A DNA stretch of 31,562 bases, taken from a virus. Below the pieces are notes generated by a model, which saw only the letters and a list, made by a program, of their open reading frames with translations, made no database searches and was not told where the DNA came from. This document shows, in pieces, positions 8,669 through 15,385 of this stretch. Positions within the stretch are counted from its first letter, which is position 1. Each line of letters opens with the position of its first letter. Both the position numbers and the translations under genes were made by a program. Where the stretch lies: UHGV virus genome UHGV-0208736, one strand, 5' to 3'.

Positions 8669-9307
8669 TTAGCGGCGGCGACGTTCGCGACGCGGTGCAG
8701 GTTCATCATCCTCAAGGTCGTTAAGGTCTACGGTAGCTCCGGCACCGCCGAATGCTTCGCCATCATCCTTAAAGCGAACACCGAGGAGTTCTACGCCGAG
8801 GTTTTTATAAGTTGAGTACCAATACACATCAACTACGATATTAGCGTAACAACCAGAATAAACTTCCTTACCTTCTACATCGTCACCTGCTTCGGTAAGG
8901 CCCTTGACTACACGCCCGCCGCGTTGGCACTGCACCTCACCCTCAGAAGTCGCGATCATAGGTTGCTTACGGCTCTTAGCCATGAAATACAAACCTTCCT
9001 CAAGCCCTTCAATCGGTGAATCACGCTGTGCGAGGTCGCGGAACGCACATTTATCTGCATGGTTTCCGAAGCCGAAGTTTTTTGACATCCACTTTTCGGC
9101 GGCAGAAGCACTACCTAACGCTTCAGTCATAACTTCAGTTACAGCGTCTTCAATTTTCTCAATTTGCGGGTCGTCTTTATCCAGATACGCTGTAAGCTGG
9201 TATTGGCCTTCTACTTGTTGCCCCTGACTATTTACACGGTCCGCTGCTTTCTTATAAACGTCTACCCATCCGATACGCACGTTGCTCAGTTTAACTTTGA
9301 TACCCAT
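8669..9307 (-). CDS. possible ssDNA-binding protein (T7 gp2.5-like / DUF2815-like), acidic C-terminal region
   Basis: 212 aa; N-terminus MGIKVKLSNVRIGWVDVYKK...GQYQLTAYLDKDD resembles the gp2.5-like SSB family pattern (from memory); C-terminus DLNDLEDDEP; GAGGAA SD upstream; first gene after promoter P2. Confidence 0.4.
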   Translation of the reverse strand: MGIKVKLSNVRIGWVDVYKKAADRVNSQGQQVEGQYQLTAYLDKDDPQIEKIEDAVTEVMTEALGSASAAEKWMSKNFGFGNHADKCAFRDLAQRDSPIEGLEEGLYFMAKSRKQPMIATSEGEVQCQRGGRVVKGLTEAGDDVEGKEVYSGCYANIVVDVYWYSTYKNLGVELLGVRFKDDGEAFGGAGATVDLNDLEDDEPAPRRERRRR

Positions 9308-9362
9308 ATCTCGATTCCTCAGTTTTCAGTTTACTCCGGGAACTGCCCGGCCAGTGATTAGA

Positions 9363-9392
9363 ACTATAATAGCTAACTATTCGGGTTGTCAA
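9363..9392 (-). promoter_or_regulatory. sigma70-type promoter P2 (minus strand): -35 TTGACA, 18-nt spacer, -10 TATAGT; core AACTATAATAGCTAACTATT (plus 9362-9381)
   Basis: Reverse complement reads TTGACA-N18-TATAGT; the core differs from P1/P3 only by inversion of the central 4 bp; located in the 89-bp intergenic gap upstream of the SSB-like gene. Confidence 0.5.
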
Positions 9393-9396
9393 CACT

Positions 9397-9570
9397 TTAT
9401 TTAAGTTTCTTCGGAACTACCTTATAAATATAGGGCTGCACCGCCTCATGCTTTGAGTTCTTCTCTTCTGCAATTTTGTCGGCGTCGGCGCGTTTAGCGT
9501 GAACAGAGACAATATCAAGTTCTTGAATAGAGTATCGGCGGTGATATCGCGTGAGAATATAAACCATCAT
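9397..9570 (-). CDS. hypothetical protein (57 aa from ATG 9570)
   Basis: MMVYILTRYHRRYSIQELDIVSVH...; strong SD GAGGAGGA 6-7 nt upstream; ATG overlaps stop of the exonuclease gene (ATGA). Confidence 0.45.
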   Translation of the reverse strand: MMVYILTRYHRRYSIQELDIVSVHAKRADADKIAEEKNSKHEAVQPYIYKVVPKKLK

Positions 9571-10808
9571 TCTAAATCCTCCTCTGTTACCTGATTCCAC
9601 TCAGGCCGTTTGTCGTCTGTCGTTGCGACACATGGTGCGCCAGGCTTACGGGTAATGAAGTCTTTCAGTTCTTCTTCCGGTATGACTTTAACCGCTTCGG
9701 TCGGCGTCATGAGCACTTCTTTAGTCAGCTTGTAACCGTATTTCTCGTATACCGCCTCTGCATCTTTCCATGCACGATTACCTGGGCGACCCTCAACCAG
9801 TTTGTACCCAGGCACTTTCTTACCGGAATGCAACGCGGCGGCCATAGCTTTTTCAACCTTGTCGATGTGCTGGCGCAGGAACGGCAACTTCTCATACTCA
9901 GCGACGAGTTGCTCTGGTGTCAGTTCCAGCACAAAGTTGTCCCCCAGTTCTTCCGCCAGTACAGAATTAACCGTCTTTGTACGCGCGGCGCACTGTTCTG
10001 AGAACCGGCACCACTGGCAGCCATCGACAGACGGCTTGAAGTCCGACGCTTTCAGGTTCTTCTTGCCACGGAAATAGGCGTCAAGCGCTAACAGCGCCCG
10101 TTTCTGTGCGAACTTAGCAAACAGTTCCAGACCTTCAACCGAGATGTCCCACTCCGAAGCGCCACCAGCGTACGGCTGGAAGATGACCAGACGAACGATT
10201 GTTATGTTATAACGTCTCTTGAGTCGGCGATAAACACCGAGAGCGTAAAGCATAAGCTGCTTGTTTTCTTTCGCTTCGACACGATGCCGTCCTGTTTTAA
10301 GGTCTCCGATGATGAGCATATGCCCGTCGGTGTTCGCCAGTTCCTGTACGGCAACAAGGTCAGCGGTTCCGAACGTCTCAACGCCTTCGTAGCCCGGATG
10401 CAATACCTCAGTAAGATTGACCCGCATTTCCAGCTTGGCGTAAGTCGCTACGTCGATAATCAGTTTGCAGTAGTCGGTGTACTTGCGCACCTGCTCAATC
10501 ATGTCCGCCGTAATCAGTACCGCGCCTTTCATCGGACTGATTAGCGCCTCAATCGGCCCTTTACCTTCATCCAGAACATAAGCACCAACTTCACGCTCTA
10601 ACGGCAGCGCAGTTCCGCGGATATAGGCGTTGAGATGTACCTCAGCTATGGTGTGCATAGCTGTGCCTAATACCGCAGCTTTACCGGACGTGTTAGGGAT
10701 ATCTTTTTCACAGGCCAGTGATGCTGGGCAGGTTAACCACTTTTTAGCACCGGATGGCGACAGTAAGGCGTGCACATCATTATTGCCGCCGCGTTCTTTT
10801 AAAATCAT
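9567..10808 (-). CDS. Cas4/RecB-like PD-(D/E)xK exonuclease with putative Fe-S cysteine cluster and C-terminal extension (start at ATG 10808; the track start at 10823 is GTG)
   Basis: N-terminal Cys (WLTCPASLAC) plus C-terminal C-x2-C-x5-C (CQWCRFSEQC); nuclease-like core IIGDLKTGRH...QLMLYALGVY; GGAG SD upstream; ATG overlaps stop of upstream gene. Confidence 0.6.
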   Translation of the reverse strand: MILKERGGNNDVHALLSPSGAKKWLTCPASLACEKDIPNTSGKAAVLGTAMHTIAEVHLNAYIRGTALPLEREVGAYVLDEGKGPIEALISPMKGAVLITADMIEQVRKYTDYCKLIIDVATYAKLEMRVNLTEVLHPGYEGVETFGTADLVAVQELANTDGHMLIIGDLKTGRHRVEAKENKQLMLYALGVYRRLKRRYNITIVRLVIFQPYAGGASEWDISVEGLELFAKFAQKRALLALDAYFRGKKNLKASDFKPSVDGCQWCRFSEQCAARTKTVNSVLAEELGDNFVLELTPEQLVAEYEKLPFLRQHIDKVEKAMAAALHSGKKVPGYKLVEGRPGNRAWKDAEAVYEKYGYKLTKEVLMTPTEAVKVIPEEELKDFITRKPGAPCVATTDDKRPEWNQVTEEDLE

Positions 10809-11077
10809 GCCCTGTTCTCCCACTGGTCTATTAAATGTCGTGTCTTATGGTCGCAATGTAAGGCCCAGCCATACATCGACTCGAAGACATAAAGGTCAGG
10901 CCTGGCGAAAGTCGTGCGCTTAATCTGCGACACGTGACGGCCTATATCTTTAGGTCGCGGCGCTTTGCCTAAGTACGCCATCTCTTCCATCTGGTGCGCA
11001 CCGGACGGCGCACGCAACAGCCATAGCGCCTCTGTGTTATCCCGACTGTCAACGGCGCGGTAGAGTTGGTAAATCAT
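10805..11077 (-). CDS. hypothetical early protein (90 aa)
   Basis: ORF preceded by conserved initiation cassette ACTGAGGGTCGGAATT-ATG. Confidence 0.45.
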   Translation of the reverse strand: MIYQLYRAVDSRDNTEALWLLRAPSGAHQMEEMAYLGKAPRPKDIGRHVSQIKRTTFARPDLYVFESMYGWALHCDHKTRHLIDQWENRA

Positions 11078-11088
11078 AATTCCGACCC

Positions 11089-11304
11089 TCAGTAGTACGG
11101 TGCGAATTCACCCTTAACGGCGGTACGTACGGACATAAGATTATGTTTTCTGTCCGGGTAATTATCCGCCCACACCAGATTATTATCGTAATCTAGAACG
11201 CCGTACCAACATCCGTTTAATACGAAAAATCGTTGTTCACCCGTGGTTGCCGCGCTTATTTCCACAACGATTTGCTCATTTATCACTTTATATACGTTAC
11301 ACAT
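11089..11304 (-). CDS. hypothetical early protein (71 aa)
   Basis: ORF preceded by conserved initiation cassette ACTGAGGGCCGGAATT-ATG. Confidence 0.45.
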   Translation of the reverse strand: MCNVYKVINEQIVVEISAATTGEQRFFVLNGCWYGVLDYDNNLVWADNYPDRKHNLMSVRTAVKGEFAPYY

Positions 11305-11322
11305 AATTCCGGCCCTCAGTTT

Positions 11323-11346
11323 GTTGCCCTCACGTATGAGGGCAAC
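11323..11346 (-). other. stable intergenic RNA stem-loop (10-bp stem, 4-nt loop) without U-tract
   Basis: GTTGCCCTCA-CGTA-TGAGGGCAAC perfect inverted repeat between the acidic early gene and the next gene; followed by AAACUGAGGG rather than a U-run on the minus-strand RNA. Confidence 0.45.
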
Positions 11347-11359
11347 ATAAGTTAAGTAG

Positions 11360-11830
11360 TTATTCTTCTTCGAAATACTTGTTCTTGATTGCCGTCAGGC
11401 GTTCAAGATATTCTGCAAGGTCTTCATCTTTAATCGCGGCAATCTTCATCTTCTTACCGGTGAACTCTTCCAGCAGTTCATCAGAATCATCGCACGCAGC
11501 ATCGCTTGGGCCCTCGTTAATCGCATCGTCGATAGCCTGAATCTGGTCACGCAGAGACTGGTAATCGACTTCTTCCTTCTCTTCTTCCGGCTCTGGCGCT
11601 GGCTCCTCTACTTTAGCTTTACGAGGCTTGCGTTTCGGCTTCTCTTCTTCTGCGGGTTTAGTGTCGACGATGTCTTCACCTTCGACTGGGATTTCTTTTG
11701 TTGCTTCTTTTGCAACAGTAGGCTCGATTGTTGCAGTTTCCGCAACGACAACCTGTTTTGCACTGTTCGCCGCAATCAGTTCGTGGGCAACTACGAAACG
11801 TTCCAGTAATTTTAAGAATTGGTCTAACAT
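11360..11830 (-). CDS. highly acidic early protein (156 aa), first gene of the early operon; candidate DNA-mimic / anti-restriction or host-takeover factor
   Basis: Very Glu/Asp-rich (EEEKPKRKPRKAKVEEPAPEPEEEKEEVDYQ...DDSDELLEEF...KDEDLAEYLER); strong SD GAGGAGAG; directly downstream of promoter P3. Confidence 0.5.
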   Translation of the reverse strand: MLDQFLKLLERFVVAHELIAANSAKQVVVAETATIEPTVAKEATKEIPVEGEDIVDTKPAEEEKPKRKPRKAKVEEPAPEPEEEKEEVDYQSLRDQIQAIDDAINEGPSDAACDDSDELLEEFTGKKMKIAAIKDEDLAEYLERLTAIKNKYFEEE

Positions 11831-11861
11831 TTGTTTCTCTCCTCTCGTTTGGTATGGGCTA

Positions 11862-11890
11862 ACTATAATAGTTAGCTATTCACATGTCAA
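11862..11890 (-). promoter_or_regulatory. sigma70-type promoter P3 (minus strand): -35 TTGACA, 17-nt spacer, -10 TATAGT; core AACTATAATAGTTAGCTATT (plus 11861-11880)
   Basis: Reverse complement reads TTGACA-N17-TATAGT; 20-bp core identical to P1; about 30 nt upstream of the early operon start codon. Confidence 0.55.
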
Positions 11891-11934
11891 TGGGCTTTTC
11901 TAAAATAATTAATATGGTACTATTCACATATCAA
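11876..11934 (+). promoter_or_regulatory. candidate plus-strand promoter (TTCACA-N16-TAAAAT) with two 15-bp direct repeats CTATTCACAT(G/A)TCAA as putative operator sites
   Basis: Repeats at 11876-11890 and 11920-11934 (14/15 identical, 44 bp apart); repeat 1 overlaps the -35 of both divergent promoters; repeat 2 lies between the predicted TSS and the SD of the HTH gene. Confidence 0.35.
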
Positions 11935-11954
11935 CTGACTAAGGAGTAATTGAC

Positions 11955-12170
11955 ATGCAACCATCTGAACTAGGCATCCGTGTAGAACAACGCCGTAAAG
12001 AACTCGGCCTCTCCCAGCGCCGTCTGGCTGTCCTGGCTGGCGTTTCCCAGGGCGCGATTAACCAGCTGGCACTCGGTGTAACCCAGGACGTCCGCCCGGC
12101 AACGCTGTTTAAACTGGCGGAAGTGCTGGAAGTAGATGCCAAGTGGCTGGCGTTCGGTGAAGGGGCTTAA
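11955..12170 (+). CDS. Cro/C1-type (XRE family) helix-turn-helix transcriptional regulator
   Basis: 71 aa; RKELGLSQRRLAVLAGVSQGAINQLALG is a canonical XRE HTH; SD AAGGAG 8 nt upstream; only plus-strand gene inside the minus-strand module. Confidence 0.75.
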   Translation: MQPSELGIRVEQRRKELGLSQRRLAVLAGVSQGAINQLALGVTQDVRPATLFKLAEVLEVDAKWLAFGEGA

Positions 12171-12186
12171 CGCCCCCTTTCTTTTT
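12162..12186 (+). terminator. rho-independent terminator after the HTH regulator gene
   Basis: GGGGC-TTAAC-GCCCC hairpin (stop codon within loop) followed by CTTTCTTTTT. Confidence 0.5.
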
Positions 12187-12188
12187 AC

Positions 12189-14450
12189 CTATTCCAAATC
12201 TTCCTCGGTTACTATCAGCATCTCATTCGGTTCGTATATTGTCTTCGGAATCTTGTTATCGTTTATGCCCCACGGCAACCGGTATTGCTTAGGTATAGGC
12301 CTGTTGTTGTTATCCAGACCTGAGACGATAATCCCGGCCTCGTGCATCTCCTCCAGTTTCTTTCGAAGGTCGTTATTAGCATTAATTGGTACGCCGTAAC
12401 TATCTTCTTTCGCCGCTTTGACGATAGCTGACATAGAGAACCCTCGTTTATCGTCACCCTGCTCCTGCAATTTACCCAATGCGTAAATAACCGTAGCCTC
12501 TTTGGTGTCCAGTTTCTCGAACTGGCCTACCTTTTCTTTAACGGCTTCCTTCTGTTCGTCGGTCAGACCTTCTACTTTCTTCACGAAGACAGAGAATGCG
12601 TTGAAGTTAACAAAGACATCAATATGCGGATTTCCTGCGTCAAAATCGCGTACATCATCACTACTATACCCTTCCGGAAGACCCATGAAGTTGTGAGTTG
12701 GTTCTTTCTTTTCTGGCGGCTCCGCTATCTGAATCTTCTGTATTACGAACCCTCTGGCTTTTTGCCGTTCTCCGTTTCGGTTCTTTATGTGGTACAGGTT
12801 TATCTCTAAGTTATTGTCGTTGTCCGGCTTATGCAGGAACATCCCGTTGTCGATGGAGTTGTGGAAATCACTACCACCCTTCGGCATCATGCCGTTCTCG
12901 GATGGTACTGTTTCGTCGATGTTTTTAGTCGGGTGCACCATAGCGCCTACCGCGGCGTTAAGCGTCGACGCTATTTCGTTAAGCGCCTGCGCCGCCTCTT
13001 TCATCGACCTGTTGTCGTTCTCGTCAAAACCAGGTATGCAAGTTTGCAGGGTATCAAACGTAACCTTTACAATTTTCTCTTCACCGGCAACACGACGCAT
13101 CATTCTCACCGCCTGGCGGCGCCACACCTCATCGAGTAAGTTACACCCTTCCGCGACACAATCGATGATGTGCAAGCGGTCAAGGCTATCGCCGAGGGCA
13201 ATCTGTAAAGATTTTTTATGCCTCTCGAACGACTGCGCACCTTCTCCAGCGAAAATGAACGCATGCCCTTCAGCAACCTCTGCCCCGCCGAACGCATATC
13301 TTTTTTCGGCAGCAATAGCGGCGTCAATCGCCATACTAAATGTTGACTTACCAGTGTGGGACTTTGCACAAATGTAGAATGATTCGTTAGTCTGCATAAG
13401 ACCGTCCACTACGGAGTAAGCAGGTTCTTTTTCTACTTCCGGCTCGTCTTCAAGGTCTTCAAGCGTGCAAGTTACAGGCTCCTCGTTCTCTGTGCGGTGC
13501 AGTTCTTCAATATCTTCATCCGGTAAATCAGGCAGAGCCGCACGGATGCTATTAATACTGATAGGTTGCTTGTCTACGTTAAGCTCGTCCGGAAGACCGC
13601 ACATACGCAGGGCCAAATGCTGCCGACGGTTTAGCTCAGTGCAAGCGCCATTGTTTGTATGCTGGCAGACAAAGCGCACTTCTTTACCGTCAAGCATGAT
13701 GCTTGTGGAGCCTTTGCCGGTATGCAGATGTTCGTTAGGGCATGGAACTTCGTACCCGCGCCCGGAAGATAAAGCGTCAAGGCCAAGCTCCGCTTCGCAG
13801 AAATGCGCTATATCAGCGTTAAGCCCATGCTCATCGGCAGCAAGTGTCTTAGCTTCACGTTTACGCAGCCCCATCTCTTCGGCTTTCTTGATGTACCGCT
13901 CCGCACGGATAACGCGCCCTTCAGTAACAGTTATCTTTGACTCTTTATGAGGCAGGTAGATAAGGCGGTTGCCGTCTTCGGTGCAGTGGTCGCGCAACGC
14001 TTCGTCTATTTCTAACTCCGCACAAATAGCACGTTGCACCATCCATGCATCGTTAGAGTTAAATGGAGTGCGGGCAGGTACGAGAACGCGGAAAGCGTAG
14101 TCACCGTTTTTACACGCGTGCTGGTGCGACGCCGTTGTGTGCAGAATATTGAAGAACGTCGCGTTCTTGAATTTGCGGGTAAGGTCGCGGTACTGAGTAC
14201 GGTTGAGATGGTCAAAGTCGAACTTAACCACACTATCTTCCAGAATCGCGTTCTTACGGCGACCCCCAACAGGTGCAATTGCTTTCTGCTTAATCTTGGC
14301 AGCGTCGTACTCTTCCTTAGACCACGACGGATCCACGGATAAACGCTTGGATGTATCGCAGACATACTCTACGAACTGCTCCAGCGGCATTTCACGAGCT
14401 ACAGGGTTTTTATCGAATGTGTTGCGCAGTGTCGCAAAAACAATATTCAT
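12189..14450 (-). CDS. DNA primase-helicase-like replication protein: archaeo-eukaryotic primase (AEP)-type N-terminal domain plus P-loop NTPase domain
   Basis: 753 aa; AEP-like motifs KFDFDH (DxD) and TTASHQH (sxH); Walker A AKSHTGKST; Walker-B-like LHIID. Confidence 0.6.
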   Translation of the reverse strand: MNIVFATLRNTFDKNPVAREMPLEQFVEYVCDTSKRLSVDPSWSKEEYDAAKIKQKAIAPVGGRRKNAILEDSVVKFDFDHLNRTQYRDLTRKFKNATFFNILHTTASHQHACKNGDYAFRVLVPARTPFNSNDAWMVQRAICAELEIDEALRDHCTEDGNRLIYLPHKESKITVTEGRVIRAERYIKKAEEMGLRKREAKTLAADEHGLNADIAHFCEAELGLDALSSGRGYEVPCPNEHLHTGKGSTSIMLDGKEVRFVCQHTNNGACTELNRRQHLALRMCGLPDELNVDKQPISINSIRAALPDLPDEDIEELHRTENEEPVTCTLEDLEDEPEVEKEPAYSVVDGLMQTNESFYICAKSHTGKSTFSMAIDAAIAAEKRYAFGGAEVAEGHAFIFAGEGAQSFERHKKSLQIALGDSLDRLHIIDCVAEGCNLLDEVWRRQAVRMMRRVAGEEKIVKVTFDTLQTCIPGFDENDNRSMKEAAQALNEIASTLNAAVGAMVHPTKNIDETVPSENGMMPKGGSDFHNSIDNGMFLHKPDNDNNLEINLYHIKNRNGERQKARGFVIQKIQIAEPPEKKEPTHNFMGLPEGYSSDDVRDFDAGNPHIDVFVNFNAFSVFVKKVEGLTDEQKEAVKEKVGQFEKLDTKEATVIYALGKLQEQGDDKRGFSMSAIVKAAKEDSYGVPINANNDLRKKLEEMHEAGIIVSGLDNNNRPIPKQYRLPWGINDNKIPKTIYEPNEMLIVTEEDLE

Positions 14451-14575
14451 TTCTTTTTCTCCGCACGTTCTAAGGCTTCCTGCATACGACGCATTGCGCG
14501 GTTCATCTTTACCGGTGCGAAGAAATCAGCGCCGTGTTTCTGGCGGCGTAGCTGTGGAACTATTAACTTCGTCAT
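14447..14575 (-). CDS. unannotated 42-aa basic peptide (MTKLIVPQLRRQKHGADFFAPVKMNRAMRRMQEALERAEKKK)
   Basis: AAGGA SD upstream of ATG 14575; TGA overlaps primase ATG (ATGA); below track cutoff. Confidence 0.35.
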   Translation of the reverse strand: MTKLIVPQLRRQKHGADFFAPVKMNRAMRRMQEALERAEKKK

Positions 14576-14625
14576 TGTATAATCCTTGTGCTTACTTTGA
14601 TGATTTGTACTTTAACCCCGACGTT

Positions 14626-14859
14626 CTAGCGTTGGGGTTTCTTTTGCCTACGTGCAGCATTAATCCACTCTCCTTCGCTCTGGTAGAAACTGCAATCAAG
14701 AATATCCTCTATAGAAAATTTAACTATTTTAGTGGGTCCACAAAAGTTATAAGGGAAAAGTTCTACATAACACCCATCGTCAGTTATATTTGACGCAATC
14801 TTGAAATAATATTTAACGCTGCCGTCTTCACGGAAGCTACAACCCATACGCCCAATCAT
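14626..14859 (-). CDS. hypothetical protein (77 aa), AT-rich gene
   Basis: ORF with ATG overlapping stop of the upstream HTH gene; markedly lower GC than flanking genes. Confidence 0.45.
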   Translation of the reverse strand: MIGRMGCSFREDGSVKYYFKIASNITDDGCYVELFPYNFCGPTKIVKFSIEDILDCSFYQSEGEWINAARRQKKPQR

Positions 14860-15026
14860 TTCACGTTCTCCTTAATCCACGCTTCAACTTTATTACGGTC
14901 AAATGTTCCCGGCATCCGGCGGCCCATTACTTTAACGCTGCAATCAGGAAACTTTCCACTCTTAATCCAGTTATTAATTGTCTGACGCGTCACCCCGATA
15001 CGTTCTGCAACTTCATTGATAGTCAT
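14856..15026 (-). CDS. unannotated AlpA/excisionase-type helix-turn-helix regulator (56 aa), first gene of the primase operon
   Basis: MTINEVAERIGVTRQTINNWIKSGKFPDCSVKVMGRRMPGTFDRNKVEAWIKENVK; HTH plus conserved W matching the AlpA/Xis-like HTH_17 pattern; SD AGGAGA 5 nt upstream; below track cutoff. Confidence 0.6.
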   Translation of the reverse strand: MTINEVAERIGVTRQTINNWIKSGKFPDCSVKVMGRRMPGTFDRNKVEAWIKENVK

Positions 15027-15131
15027 TTAACGTTCTCCTATGTAAGATGTACCGAAGTATAAGGCGGTAACTTTGTAAAAGCAACCAAAACACCACACAA
15101 AGTTACTAAGATACAAAAGATGCTACTGGTA

Positions 15132-15160
15132 TTGACTTTTACTAAGAAATATGGTAAGCT
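15132..15160 (+). promoter_or_regulatory. candidate late promoter: -35 TTGACT, 17-nt spacer, extended -10 TGgTAAGCT
   Basis: Seen directly in sequence; lies in the 360-bp gap between the divergent early and late modules. Confidence 0.45.
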
Positions 15161-15340
15161 CAGCCTGAGCTTGTGAAGTATGAACAAGCGACCGCGGCGC
15201 GGGCAGGTAACGGAGCGGGACGTAAGTCCTGAGTGTAGTTACGCTGACGCGTTCGGAAGGGCCATACTCTATTGCTTGTGTAAAAAGTAACTGGTTTACT
15301 GAGATTACGCCGTTTCTATGTTTAAATGATAAGGACTAGC

Positions 15341-15368
15341 GCCCCGCTTTAAGGCGGGGCTTTACTTA
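15341..15368 (+). terminator. intrinsic terminator at the end of a ~200-nt leader, 18 nt upstream of the first late gene
   Basis: GCCCCGC-TTTAAG-GCGGGGC hairpin followed by TTTACTTATC; located between the promoter at 15132-15160 and the SD of the i-spanin gene. Confidence 0.55.
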
Positions 15369-15385
15369 TCGAGAAAGGGGGAAAC

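Noticed and set aside
12787-13950. Plus-strand ORFs of 196, 161 and 102 aa inside the primase-helicase gene
   Set aside because: They are antisense to a motif-supported 753-aa gene, have no ribosome-binding sites, and are low-complexity Ser/Arg/Cys-rich. Considered spurious.
14614-14648. Hairpin AACCCCGACG…CGTTGGGGTT followed by a plus-strand T-run, resembling a plus-strand terminator
   Set aside because: No plus-strand transcription unit reads into this position, and the element overlaps the stop codon of minus-strand gene 14626-14859. On the minus strand it is followed by an A-rich rather than U-rich tract. Not called as a terminator; possibly an RNA stability element.
15180-15290. 36-codon ORF inside the late leader (MNKRPRRGQVTERDVSPECSYADAFGRAILYCLCKK)
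   Set aside because: Only a weak SD placed too close to the ATG. The region is better explained as an untranslated leader ending at the terminator. Kept only as an alternative within the late-leader finding.
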